Assembly (NCBI GenBank): GCA_963805435.1 | Contig: CAWDUG010000006.1 | Span: 26,681 to 90,680, forward strand | From: an uncultured Gammaproteobacteria bacterium | Lineage (GTDB): Bacteria > Pseudomonadota > Gammaproteobacteria > Steroidobacterales > Rariloculaceae | Direction: 5' to 3' | Length of the DNA stretch: 64,000 nt | Shown here: positions 8,427 through 18,293 of the stretch, in pieces | Layout: each line of letters opens with the position of its first letter | Numbering within the stretch: the first letter of the stretch is position 1 | Notes under the pieces: generated by a model | Seen by the model: the letters and a program-made list of their open reading frames with translations, nothing else | What the model was told of the DNA's origin: nothing | Database searches by the model: none | Made by a program: the position numbers and the translations under genes

Positions 8427-10142
8427 ACGCACAAGTACACAGCGTCTTGCAGGCCCTCCCCGCCGCGACCATCCCGGCGCTGGAGCTGCGCGGCGTCGCG
8501 AAAAGCTACGGCCAGGCACCCCACGCCACCGAGGTGCTGGCCGGCGTCGACCTGCGCGTTGCGCCCGGCGAGTTCGTCGCAATCGTGGGGTTCTCGGGCT
8601 CCGGCAAATCCACGCTTGTCTCATTGCTCGCCGGACTGACGCAGCCTACCGCGGGCAGCGTGCTCGCAAACGGCGCCGAGGTGAACGGCCCCGGCCCCGA
8701 CCGCGGCGTCGTGTTCCAGAGCTACGCGCTGATGCCCTGGCTGTCGGTCCGCGCCAACATCGCTCTCGCGGTCGATGCCGTGCAGGCGATCAAGCCGAAG
8801 GTCGAGCGCCGCGCTCTCGTCGAGCGCTACATCGAGATGGTCGGTCTGACGCCACGCGGCCGACCGCCGCCCGGCGGAGCTGTCGGGCGGGATGCGCCAG
8901 CGTGTGGCCGTCGCGCGCGCGCTCGCGATGTCGCCCGAGGTATTACTGCTCGACGAGCCGCTGTCGGCGCTCGACGCCCTGACACGCGCCAAATTGCAGG
9001 ACGAGATCGAAGTCATCTGGGCGCGTGACAAGAAGACGGTCGTGCTCGTCACCAACGACGTTGACGAAGCCATCCTGCTCGCCGACCGCATCGTGCCGTT
9101 GACACCGGGGCCACGTGCGACGCTGGGGCCCGAGTTCCGCGTCGACATTCCGCGACCCCGCGATCGCACCAGCATCAACGACGACTCCGAGTTCCGCCGG
9201 CTGCGCGGAGCCGTTACGCGCTACCTGTTGGATGCGAACCGCAGAACTTCCGCCGCCGCGGTGGCCTCGCTGCCGAACGTAGAGACGCCGAAGCACGAGC
9301 CGCCACGTGCGTATCTGAAGGCCGGCGGCTACACGAGCGACCGCTACGTCGAATTCTTCAACGTGACGAAGACTTTCGCGACACCGCGCGGACCGTTGAC
9401 CGTCGTCGACGGGTTCGATCTGCGACTCGACAAGGGTGAGTGCGTCGCGTTGATCGGCCATTCGGGTTGCGGCAAGTCGACCGTGCTGTCGATGGTCGCC
9501 GGCCTGCTGCCGATCAGCAGCGGCGGCATCGTTCTCGATCACCGCGAGGTGGCGACGGCAGGCCCGGACCGCGCCGTGGTGTTTCAGGCCCCGAGCCTGT
9601 TTCCGTGGTTGACGGCGGCGCAGAACGTGGCGCTCGGCGTCGACCGCGTGTATCCGCACGCGACGCGCGCCGAACGACGCGACATCGTGAACTACTACCT
9701 CGCGCGCGTGGGCCTGCACGACGATCGCAACAAACGTGCGGGCGAGCTCTCGAACGGCATGCGGCAGCGAGTAGGCATCGCGCGAGCGTTCGCATTGAGT
9801 CCGAAGCTGCTGCTCCTCGACGAGCCGTTCGGAATGCTCGATTCGCTGACGCGCTGGGAGCTGCAGGAGCTGCTGATGGAGGTGTGGGCGCGCACGCGCG
9901 TGACCACCATCTGCGTCACGCACGACGTGGACGAGGCCATTCTGCTCGCCGATCGCGTCGTGATGATGACGAACGGCCCGCACGCCCGCATCGGCCGCGT
10001 CATGCGCGTAGACCTGCCGCGACCACGGACGCGCAAGGCGTTGCTCGAGCATCCCGACTACTACGCCTACCGCCAGGAGATTCTGACGTTTCTCGAAAGT
10101 TGCGAGCATGGCCCCGCCGCGCCTGCGGCATCGACCCACTAG
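8423..10142 (+). pseudogene. nrtC: Fused NrtC-NrtD nitrate ABC transporter ATPase (two ABC modules in one protein), one frame break near 8852
   Basis: The ATG at 8423 overlaps the nrtB TGA (ATGA). Module 1 has Walker A GFSGSGKST. After ...YIEMVGLT the frame shifts (acgcCacgcg) and continues as ELSGGMRQRVAVARALAM...LLLDEP. Module 2 has GHSGCGKST...LSNGMRQRVGIARAF...LLLDEPFG. Confidence 0.9.
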
Positions 10143-10173
10143 CAGCCGGATTCTTGAACCAGGGAGGTTCATC

Positions 10174-11384
10174 GTGTTGAGGAAGATTGCGCAAACAAGT
10201 CTGGCGTTGGCCACCGTCTCGGCCGCTGGATTCGTCTCCGCCGCGGAGACGCTGGGACAGGCCCTTCGCGAATCGGATTTCATCGTCGATTGGCGGCTAC
10301 GCTACGAGTCGGTCGATCAAACCGGCATGGCCGAAACGGCCGAGGCGCTGACCGGCCGCCTGCGGTTCGGCTTCCAGACGGCGCCCTTGCGAAGACGCGC
10401 CTGCTCGTGGAGGGGGTCTGGATCGGCGCGGGCATCGACGACTACAACAGCACCACCAACGGCCACACGCTGTATCCCGTTGTAGCCGACCCCGCCAATT
10501 TCACCGCGTTGAATCGATTCGCCTTGAGTAACAAGTCGCTCGAGCACACGACGCTCACGCTCGGTAGGCAGCGCATCGTGCTCGACGACACGCGCTTCGT
10601 CGGTAACGTGGCCTGGCGGCAGAACGAACAGACGTTCGACGGGCTGCGCGCACAGATCGACGGCAGTGCGGTCAAGGTCGATGTCAGCTGGTCGAACCAG
10701 GTCAACCGTGTCTTCGGGCCCGACTCGCCCGTCGGCCGCTGGCACGGCGACGTTGTACTGGCGAACGTGGCGCATCCGTTCAAGGCCGGCACGCTGACCG
10801 CGTTCGACTACTACGTCGACCTGGTCGATGCGGCCGCAGCATCGAGCAACACGCTCGGCCTCAAATTCAGCGGCTCGAAGCCGCTGGGGAAACTGGGCTC
10901 GAACTACGCGCTGTCGTACGCGCGCCAGGCAAATGCCGGCGCGAACGCGGCGACTTTCAGCCTGCCGTACTACCTGGCCGAGGGCGGCCTCACGTTCAAC
11001 AAGAAGCCGAACGTCACGCTCGGCTACGAGCGGCTCGGCAGTAACGGCGCGGTGGGCTTCGGCACGCCGCTCGCGACGTCGCACGCGTTCCAGGGCTGGG
11101 ACGATAAGTTCCTGGCCACGCCCGCGGCCGGCATCGAAGACAAGTACGTGAAGTTCGGCTATCCGTTCGGCAAACACGGGGCGTTCACGACCTTGAGCGC
11201 ACTTGCGTGGTATCACGACTTTACCGCCGAACAGGGTTCGACCCATTTCGGCAGCGAGATGGATCTGCAGCTCGTCGCGCGCACGAAGAAGATCACACTG
11301 ACTCTGAAGTACGCGACGTACAACGCGGATCTGCTGTTCACCGATACCGACAAGCTGTGGCTGTCCGTGGACTACACGCTATGA
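10174..11384 (+). pseudogene. Outer-membrane beta-barrel porin (alginate-export/AlgE-like family), one frame break near 10390
   Basis: A GTG start at 10174 follows the RBS GGGAGG. The signal peptide is VLRKIAQTSLALATVSAAGFVSAAE, followed by DWRLRYESVDQ...LTGRLRFGFQTAPL. The sequence continues in ORF 10290..11384 with alternating beta-strand patterns and a C-terminal ...KLWLSVDYTL. The break behaves as a 1-nt deletion. Confidence 0.75.
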
Positions 11385-13882
11385 CGTTGGCGCTCGAAAC
11401 CACGGGGCCGGCAGCGGCGCGCCGCAAGAAGCTCGTGCTCATCGGCAACGGCATGGCCGGAATGCGCGCGATCGAGGAGCTGCTGGCGCTCGCACCCGAT
11501 CTCTACGAAATCACGGTCTTCGGCGCGGAGCCGCACGGTAACTACAACCGGATCCTGCTCTCGCCGGTGCTCGCGGCCGAGAAGACGATCGGCGACATCA
11601 TGCTGAACACGCGCGAGTGGTACACCGAGCACGGCATCACGCTGCACGCCGGCGACGCGGTCACGCGCATCGACCGCGCGCGCCGGCGGGTAGTGACGGC
11701 CAGCGGATTCGAAGCGCCGTACGATCGCCTGATCCTGGCGACGGGCTCCACGCCGGTGGTGCTGCCGCTGCCGGGCAAGGACCTGCCCGGCGTGCTCGCG
11801 TACCGGGACATCGCCGACGTGGATCGAATGATCGAGGCGGCGCAGAGCCATCGCCACGCCGTCGTGATCGGCGGCGGGCTGCTCGGCCTCGAGGCGGCAT
11901 ACGGCTTGCAGAAGCGCGGCATGGACGTCACGGTCGTGCATCTCCTGCCGACGCTGATGGACCGGCAGCTCGACGCGAACGCCGCGGGACTGTTGCGACG
12001 CTCGCTCGAGCAGCGCGGACTCAAGTTCCACATGCCTGCGCAGACCAGCGCATTGATGGGGGACACGCGCGTACAGGCCGTGCGCTTCGCCGACGGCACG
12101 GAGCTGCCGGCGGATCTTGTGGTCATGGCGGTCGGCATCCGGCCGAGCGTCGCGCTCGCGAAGGCGAGCGGCATCACGACCGAACGCGGCGTGCTCGTCA
12201 ATGACACGCTGCAGACGTTCGACCCACGGATCTACGCGGTCGGCGAATGTGTGCAACACCGCGGCGCGTGCTACGGCCTCGTTGCACCGCTGTTCGAGCA
12301 GGCCAAGGTCGTGGCGAACCACCTGGCCGAGTTCGGCATCGGCCGTTACACGGGCTCGCAGACGTCGACGAAACTGAAGGTCACCGGCATCGACCTGTTT
12401 TCTGCAGGCGACTTCACGGGCGGCCCCGAGACCGAAGAACTGCTGTTCCAGGACGCCGCGCGCGGCGTATACAAGAAAGTGGTCGTCAAGGACGACAGGA
12501 TTACGGGCGCCGTGCTGTACGGCGACACGGTCGACGGCGCCTGGTACTTCCAGCTGTTGCGCGATGGCACGCCGATCGCCGACTTTCGCGACAACCTTCT
12601 GTTCGGCCAGGCGCACGTCGGCGACTCCGGGGTCGCGGGCGCTGCGGCGGTCACGAGTCTCCCGGACAAAGCCGAGATCTGCGGCTGCAACGGCGTGTGC
12701 AAGGGCGACATCGTGCGGGCCATCACGACGAAGAAGCTGTTCACGCTCGACGACGTGCGGGCGCACACGAAGGCGTCATCGTCGTGCGGCTCGTGCACGG
12801 GCTTAGTCGAGCAGCTGCTCGCGAGCACGCTCGGTGGGGACTACTCCGAATCGCCGGCCAAGAAACCCATGTGCCCGTGCACGACCTACACGCACGAGGA
12901 AGTTCGAACGACGATCACGCGCCACCAGCTGAAGACGATTCCGGCCGTCATGGCGTTCACCGAGTGGAAGACTCCGGACGGCTGCCACAAGTGCCGGCCC
13001 GCGTTGAACTTCTACCTCCTGTGCGCCTGGCCCGGCGAGTACCAGGACGACAAGCAGTCGCGCTTCATCAACGAGCGTGCGCACGGCAACATCCAGCGCG
13101 ACGGTACCTACTCCGTCGTACCGCGCATCTGGGGCGGCGTCACGTCACCGCACGAGCTGCGCGCGATCGCCGAAGTGGCGGAGAAGTACCGCGTGCCCAC
13201 CGTGAAGTTCACGGGCGGCCAGCGTCTCGATCTGCTCGGCGTGCAGAAGGAGGACCTGCCGAAAATCTGGGGCGATCTCTCGGCGGCCGGTTTCGTGTCC
13301 GGTCACGCGTACGGGAAAGCGTTGCGCACCGTGAAGACCTGCGTCGGGAAGCAGTGGTGCCGGTTCGGCACGCAGGATTCCACGGGACTCGGCATCAAGC
13401 TCGAGCGCACGACGTGGGGATCGTGGCATCCGCACAAGGTCAAGCTGGCCGTATCGGGCTGCCCACGCAACTGCGCCGAGGCCACGATCAAAGACTTGGG
13501 CGTCGTGTGCGTGGACTCGGGCTACGAGTTGCATGTCGGCGGCAACGGCGGCATCAAGATTCGCGCGACGGATTTCCTCTGCAAGGTGGCGACCGAGGAA
13601 GAGGTCATCGAGTACTGCTGCGCGTTCCTGCAGCTGTACCGCGAGGAAGCGCGCTATCTCGAGCGCACGGCACCCTGGATCGAGCGCACGGGTCTGACGC
13701 ACGTGCGGTCGCGGATCGTCGACGACGCGGACGGGCGCCGCGTGCTGTACGAACGCTTCCTCGAATCGCAACGTCATTCCCAGGTGGACCCGTGGGCCGA
13801 ACGCGCGAAAGGCAAAGACGCGGAAGAATTCCTGCCTCTGCGCGCGGCAGCCGGCGCGGCCGGCGAGCGAGCGGCGCCATGA
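11381..13882 (+). CDS. nirB: NAD(P)H nitrite reductase large subunit NirB
   Basis: The ATG at 11381 overlaps the porin TGA (ATGA). The protein reads KKLVLIGNGMAGMRAIEELL (FAD fold), has a BFD-like CGCNGVCKGDI...CGSCTGL, and has the siroheme/4Fe-4S region TCVGKQWCRFG...SGCPRNCAE. The 833 aa are uninterrupted. Confidence 0.95.
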   Translation: MTLALETTGPAAARRKKLVLIGNGMAGMRAIEELLALAPDLYEITVFGAEPHGNYNRILLSPVLAAEKTIGDIMLNTREWYTEHGITLHAGDAVTRIDRARRRVVTASGFEAPYDRLILATGSTPVVLPLPGKDLPGVLAYRDIADVDRMIEAAQSHRHAVVIGGGLLGLEAAYGLQKRGMDVTVVHLLPTLMDRQLDANAAGLLRRSLEQRGLKFHMPAQTSALMGDTRVQAVRFADGTELPADLVVMAVGIRPSVALAKASGITTERGVLVNDTLQTFDPRIYAVGECVQHRGACYGLVAPLFEQAKVVANHLAEFGIGRYTGSQTSTKLKVTGIDLFSAGDFTGGPETEELLFQDAARGVYKKVVVKDDRITGAVLYGDTVDGAWYFQLLRDGTPIADFRDNLLFGQAHVGDSGVAGAAAVTSLPDKAEICGCNGVCKGDIVRAITTKKLFTLDDVRAHTKASSSCGSCTGLVEQLLASTLGGDYSESPAKKPMCPCTTYTHEEVRTTITRHQLKTIPAVMAFTEWKTPDGCHKCRPALNFYLLCAWPGEYQDDKQSRFINERAHGNIQRDGTYSVVPRIWGGVTSPHELRAIAEVAEKYRVPTVKFTGGQRLDLLGVQKEDLPKIWGDLSAAGFVSGHAYGKALRTVKTCVGKQWCRFGTQDSTGLGIKLERTTWGSWHPHKVKLAVSGCPRNCAEATIKDLGVVCVDSGYELHVGGNGGIKIRATDFLCKVATEEEVIEYCCAFLQLYREEARYLERTAPWIERTGLTHVRSRIVDDADGRRVLYERFLESQRHSQVDPWAERAKGKDAEEFLPLRAAAGAAGERAAP

Positions 13883-14250
13883 GCTGGATCGACGTGGGCC
13901 CTGAGTGCGCGCTGCCCCCCCGCGGCGCGCGCGTGTTGAAGATCGGCAGCCTCGAGATCGCCGTGTTTCGCACGGGTGACGGCGAGGTGTTCGCGTTGCG
14001 CGATCGCTGCCCGCATCGTGGCGGACCGCTATCGCAGGGCATCGTTCACGGGGCGCGGGTCACCTGCCCGTTGCACGACTGGGTCATCGACTTGAAGACC
14101 GGCCGCGCGACCGGCGTCGACGAAGGCTGCACGCCAACGTACCCGGCGCGCATCGTCGACGGGCGTGTCGAGATCGACCTGCCGGCCAGCGCCGAGGTGC
14201 GCGTGGCCGCGCTCGGCCCTCCCGCGTTCGTGGTCGCCGAGCGTGCCTGA
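13879..14250 (+). CDS. nirD: Nitrite reductase small subunit NirD/NasG-type Rieske ferredoxin
   Basis: This is the C-terminal 123 aa of ORF 12247..14250. Its ATG at 13879 overlaps the nirB TGA. It retains the full Rieske ligand pattern CPH-X16-CPLH (DRCPHRGGPLSQGIVHGARVTCPLHDW). Confidence 0.9.
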   Translation: MSWIDVGPECALPPRGARVLKIGSLEIAVFRTGDGEVFALRDRCPHRGGPLSQGIVHGARVTCPLHDWVIDLKTGRATGVDEGCTPTYPARIVDGRVEIDLPASAEVRVAALGPPAFVVAERA

Positions 14251-16918
14251 CGGCCCACCCGGCAGACCCAACGTCCGCACGACGTGCCCGTACTGCGGCG
14301 TCGGCTGCGGCCTCCTCGTCGCGGCGCCGGTAGCGGGTGCGCCCGCCGCGATCCGCGGCGACCCGCAGCACCCCGCGAACCTGGGGCGCATCTGCTCGAA
14401 AGGCGCGGCGCTCGGCGACACGCTCGATCTCGACGGCCGTCTGTTGCATGCCGAGATCCGTGGCCAGCGCGCGAGCCTGGACGAAGCGCTCGACGTGGTC
14501 GCACGCGGCTTCATGGACGTCGTCGCGAAACACGGACCCGACGCCGTGGCGTTCTACGTGTCCGGGCAGCTTCTGACGGAGGACTACTATGTCGCGAACA
14601 AGCTGATGAAGGGCTTCGTCGGCAGCGCGAACATCGACACGAACTCGCGCCTATGCATGGCGTCGGCCGTCGCGGGCTACAAGCGCGCGTTCGGCGCCGA
14701 CGCCGTGCCGAACGACTACACGGATCTCGAGTGCGCGGAGCTCATCGTGCTGGTCGGCTCGAACCTCGCGTGGTGCCATCCGGTGCTGTTCCAACGCGTG
14801 TCCGCAGCCAAAGCCGCGAACCCGCAGCTGCGCGTGGTCGTGATCGATCCGCGCCGCACCGTGACCTGCGACGCCGCCGATCTGTTCCTGCCCGTCAAGC
14901 CCGGTACCGACGTGGTGCTGTTCAACGGGCTTCTGAATTACCTGCGCCGCGAGGACGGGCTCGACTTCGAGTTTATCGACACGCACACGAGCGGCATCGG
15001 AGCCGCGATGCGCGCGGCGAAGGACAGCGCGCCGTCGATTCCGGCCGTCGCGCGCGCGTGCGGGCTCGACGCTGGCGACGTCGCTGAGTTTTATCGCTGG
15101 TTCGCAGCGACGCCGCGCGCGGTCACTGCGTTCTCGCAGGGCGTGAATCAATCGTCGGCCGGCACGGACAAGGTCAACGCCATCGTGAATGTGCATCTCG
15201 CGACGGGCCGCATCGGCAAACCGGGCGCGGGCCCGTTCTCGATCACGGGCCAGCCGAACGCGATGGGCGGTCGCGAGGTGGGTGGCCTCGCGAATCAGCT
15301 CGCCGCGCACATGGACTTCGCGCCCGAGCACGTGGATCGCCTGCGGCGTTTCTGGAACGCGCCGGCCGTCGCGACGAAGCCCGGTCTCAAAGCCGTCGAT
15401 CTTTTCGCGGCCATCGAGACCGGCGCGGTGAAGGCGGTGTGGATCATGGCCACGAATCCTGTCGTCAGCATGCCGGATGCCGACCGCGTGCGCCGCGCGC
15501 TCGAGCGCTGCGAGTTCCTGGTCGTGTCGGATTCCGTCCGCGACACAGACACCACGGCCTATGCGCACGTGTTATTGCCCGCGGCCGCCTGGGGCGAGAA
15601 ATCCGGCACCGTCACGAACTCGGAACGGAGGATCTCGCGGCAGCGCACGTTCCTCGCCGCGCCCGGGGATGCCAAGCCCGACTGGTGGCTGGTGACCGAA
15701 GTAGCGCGGCGCATGGGCTTCGGCGCCGCCTTTTCGTATAGCGGCGCCGCCGACATCTTCCGCGAGCACGCGCGGCTCTCCGCGTTCGAGAATGACGGCA
15801 CGCGCGCGTTCGACATCGGCGCAGCGGCCGAGATCGGCGACGCCGACTACGACACGCTCACGCCCGTGCAGTGGCCGCTGCCGGCGGGCGGAAGCAAACC
15901 GCAGCGGCTGTTCGCCGACGGGCGTTTCTTCACGCCCGACGGCAAGGCGCGCTTCGTGGCGACGGAGCCGCGCGCGCCGCAACGGCTGCCGACCGCGGAC
16001 CTGCCGCTGGTGTTGAACACCGGCCGCATTCGCGATCAGTGGCACACGATGACGCGCACCGGCAAGTCACCGCGACTCACGGGTCACAACCCGGAGCCGT
16101 TCGTGCAGATCCACCCCGCCGACGCGGCACGCTGCAGCGTCGCAGCCGGCGATCTTGCGGAAGTCAGCGCGGAAGGCGGGCGAGTGCTTGCGCGCGTCGA
16201 AGTCACGGCCGACGTGCGCGCGGGAACGGTGTTCGTGCCGATGCACTGGAGCGCGCAGTTCGCGAGCACCGCGCGCGTGGGTGCGTTGATCGCGCCCATC
16301 ACCGACCCCGTCTCGGGCCAGCCCGAGCTCAAGCACACGCCGGTGCGGGTGCGGCGGTACGCGCCGGCGTGGTACGGCTTTGCGCTGCTGCGCGGGCCGC
16401 TCGACACGCGCGCCTGCACGTACTTCGCCCGTACTCGGGGTGACGGCTTCTGGCGGTACGAACTCGCCGGCGACAGCCTGCCGGCAGCGTGGCCAGACTG
16501 GGCCAACACCGTGCTCGGCCCGCGCGCCGAACGCATCGAGCTGCACGATCGAGCCGGCGGCCGCTATCGCGGCGCGCGCCTCTCGGGCGGCCGGCTCGAG
16601 GCATGCCTGTTCGTCGCGCCGACGAAAGCGCTGCCATCGCGCTCGTGGCTCGCCGGCCTGTTCGCGCACGAGGCGCTCGACGACACCGCTCGCGCCGCAA
16701 TCCTCGCAGGCCGCCCCGCCAAAGCCGGCGAAGAATCCGGCCCGATCGTATGCTCCTGCTTCTCGGTGGGTCGCTCGACACTCCTGCGCGCGATCCGCAC
16801 CCAGGAGCTCGTGACGGCCGAGCAGATCGGCGCAGCGCTGCGCGCCGGCACGAACTGCGGCTCGTGCGTGCCCGAGCTCAAAGCCTTGCTCGCGGAGGCG
16901 AGCCAGGCGCTTGCGTGA
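14243..16918 (+). CDS. nasA: Assimilatory nitrate reductase catalytic subunit (molybdopterin oxidoreductase) with a C-terminal BFD-like 2Fe-2S domain
   Basis: The GTG at 14243 overlaps the end of nirD by 8 nt. The N-terminal 4Fe-4S motif is TTCPYCGVGCGL. The body is bis-MGD-like. The C-terminus reads CSCFSVGRSTLLRAI...GTNCGSCVPELKAL. Confidence 0.95.
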   Translation: MPDGPPGRPNVRTTCPYCGVGCGLLVAAPVAGAPAAIRGDPQHPANLGRICSKGAALGDTLDLDGRLLHAEIRGQRASLDEALDVVARGFMDVVAKHGPDAVAFYVSGQLLTEDYYVANKLMKGFVGSANIDTNSRLCMASAVAGYKRAFGADAVPNDYTDLECAELIVLVGSNLAWCHPVLFQRVSAAKAANPQLRVVVIDPRRTVTCDAADLFLPVKPGTDVVLFNGLLNYLRREDGLDFEFIDTHTSGIGAAMRAAKDSAPSIPAVARACGLDAGDVAEFYRWFAATPRAVTAFSQGVNQSSAGTDKVNAIVNVHLATGRIGKPGAGPFSITGQPNAMGGREVGGLANQLAAHMDFAPEHVDRLRRFWNAPAVATKPGLKAVDLFAAIETGAVKAVWIMATNPVVSMPDADRVRRALERCEFLVVSDSVRDTDTTAYAHVLLPAAAWGEKSGTVTNSERRISRQRTFLAAPGDAKPDWWLVTEVARRMGFGAAFSYSGAADIFREHARLSAFENDGTRAFDIGAAAEIGDADYDTLTPVQWPLPAGGSKPQRLFADGRFFTPDGKARFVATEPRAPQRLPTADLPLVLNTGRIRDQWHTMTRTGKSPRLTGHNPEPFVQIHPADAARCSVAAGDLAEVSAEGGRVLARVEVTADVRAGTVFVPMHWSAQFASTARVGALIAPITDPVSGQPELKHTPVRVRRYAPAWYGFALLRGPLDTRACTYFARTRGDGFWRYELAGDSLPAAWPDWANTVLGPRAERIELHDRAGGRYRGARLSGGRLEACLFVAPTKALPSRSWLAGLFAHEALDDTARAAILAGRPAKAGEESGPIVCSCFSVGRSTLLRAIRTQELVTAEQIGAALRAGTNCGSCVPELKALLAEASQALA

Positions 16919-16925
16919 CGTGACG

Positions 16926-18227
16926 CTAGGTCAGGCGAAGGACCCGATATGCCCCGGCGGCTTCGCGAACCTCGTCGCGCGGTGGCTGCACCGTCGCGGT
17001 GCGAAATCCCTCACGTGAGGGACCTTCGTCCGTGAAGTCCTCGAGGCAATAGCCACCGCGCGGCATCGTGCGCCCGTCGGGTCGCACGAAACGCAACGCC
17101 CCGCCGTCCTCGCGCTCGATCTTGAACCCGCCCTCGTGCAGGCCCCGATGATGGTGCGTGCAGAGAAGAGTCAGGTTCTCGAGGCTCGTGTCCCCGCCGT
17201 CGGCCCAGTGATGCAGATGATGCGCATCGAGATAGCGCTGGCGATGGCAACCCGGAAAGGAGCAGCCGCGATCGCGAGCGTAGAGCGCGCGTCGCAGCGA
17301 AGTCGACACCGTCCGCTGCTTGCGCCCGACATCGAGCGGGTTCCCCGCTTCGTCCTCGACGACGGTCAATACGGTCCCATCGCAGGCGAGGCGCCGTAGC
17401 GTGTCGATCGGCAGATCCGAGCGACCAGCCTCTGCTCGTAGACCAGACTCATCGACGTGCACGACAACCTGGTAATGATCGGCCGTGCCGCTGTGTTCTC
17501 CTCCGGCACCGGCGCCTTCCAGGTAGGCCTTCGCAACTGCGACGAGTGCATCGGCTTGCTGCGCCCGCCATGTGACGCCCTTGGTCTCGCCGTTGATGTC
17601 GGGCTCGATGCCGATGCTGATCTCGCCGCTAGCGACGGCACAGTCGATCGCTTTGGCGATGAGCTCTCCTTCCTCGATCGGCAGCTCGACGGTGAGCCGC
17701 AACGTGCCGTGGGCGTCATCACGCCAAACCGACAGCGACCGCCGCTCCCACGCGCGACGCACTCCATTCACCGAGTCCGGCTGCACGTTACGTATCTGCC
17801 GGCAGCGCTGTTCGACCTGCGCCGCTGACGCGTCGAGCGCATACGCAAGCAGGAGATCCTCGTCGTGCTCACGAGCTACTCGCGTCAGGGCCCGCACCTT
17901 GGAGTACGACAGCCTTCCGTCCGCAAACGCCGCGGCAATCGCCGGCAGCTGCCGCAGCGCGTGTGCTGTACGCACCTTCTCGCGCGCCGCTGAGAGCGAG
18001 ATACCCGAGCGCCACGCGAGCCACTCGGCGCAAGTCTTGAATGACCACTTCGTGTAGCCGAAACGGTCGTCGAACTCGCGCACCAGCACGAGCATGCGAT
18101 AACACTCGGCGTTGAGTTGTCGCACGAGTCGCCAGATCGCGGTATCGATCTCGTCCACAGACAGCTGATGGTTCGACCAATTAGAGCCCACTGGATCGAA
18201 GGCAGGATGCGGCATGACGGCGCTCAT
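16926..18227 (-). CDS. DUF222-domain HNH endonuclease (13E12-repeat-like)
   Basis: ORF 16926..18227 contains ...ARDRGCSFPGCHRQRYLDAHHLHHWADGGDTSLENLTLLCTHHHRGLHEGGF, an HNH/His-Me finger. The N-terminal two thirds are DUF222-like. The RBS GAGGAG is 6 nt before the ATG. The gene is convergent with nasA, with 7 nt between the stop codons. Confidence 0.85.
   Translation of the reverse strand: MSAVMPHPAFDPVGSNWSNHQLSVDEIDTAIWRLVRQLNAECYRMLVLVREFDDRFGYTKWSFKTCAEWLAWRSGISLSAAREKVRTAHALRQLPAIAAAFADGRLSYSKVRALTRVAREHDEDLLLAYALDASAAQVEQRCRQIRNVQPDSVNGVRRAWERRSLSVWRDDAHGTLRLTVELPIEEGELIAKAIDCAVASGEISIGIEPDINGETKGVTWRAQQADALVAVAKAYLEGAGAGGEHSGTADHYQVVVHVDESGLRAEAGRSDLPIDTLRRLACDGTVLTVVEDEAGNPLDVGRKQRTVSTSLRRALYARDRGCSFPGCHRQRYLDAHHLHHWADGGDTSLENLTLLCTHHHRGLHEGGFKIEREDGGALRFVRPDGRTMPRGGYCLEDFTDEGPSREGFRTATVQPPRDEVREAAGAYRVLRLT
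16998..17022. repeat. REP-like palindromic motif copy, inside the 3' end of the HNH gene
   Basis: GGTGCGAAATCCCTCACGTGAGGGA. The 18-mer AATCCCTCACGTGAGGGA recurs exactly at 54354-54371. GGTGCGAAATCCCTC recurs in reverse complement at 54327-54341. Confidence 0.5.
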
Positions 18228-18263
18228 GGCAGGCTCCTCGCTGGGGTGGATCAGGTAACTGGT

Positions 18264-18293
18264 ATTATATCCAGCTATGCGCCGCTTTGCTAA
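18264..18293 (-). promoter_or_regulatory. Sigma70-type promoter for the HNH gene
   Basis: On the minus strand the sequence is TTAGCA (18293-18288), 18 nt, TATAAT (18269-18264), a perfect -10. It sits about 35 nt upstream of the ATG within a ~130-bp AT-rich patch in an otherwise very GC-rich window. Confidence 0.5.
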
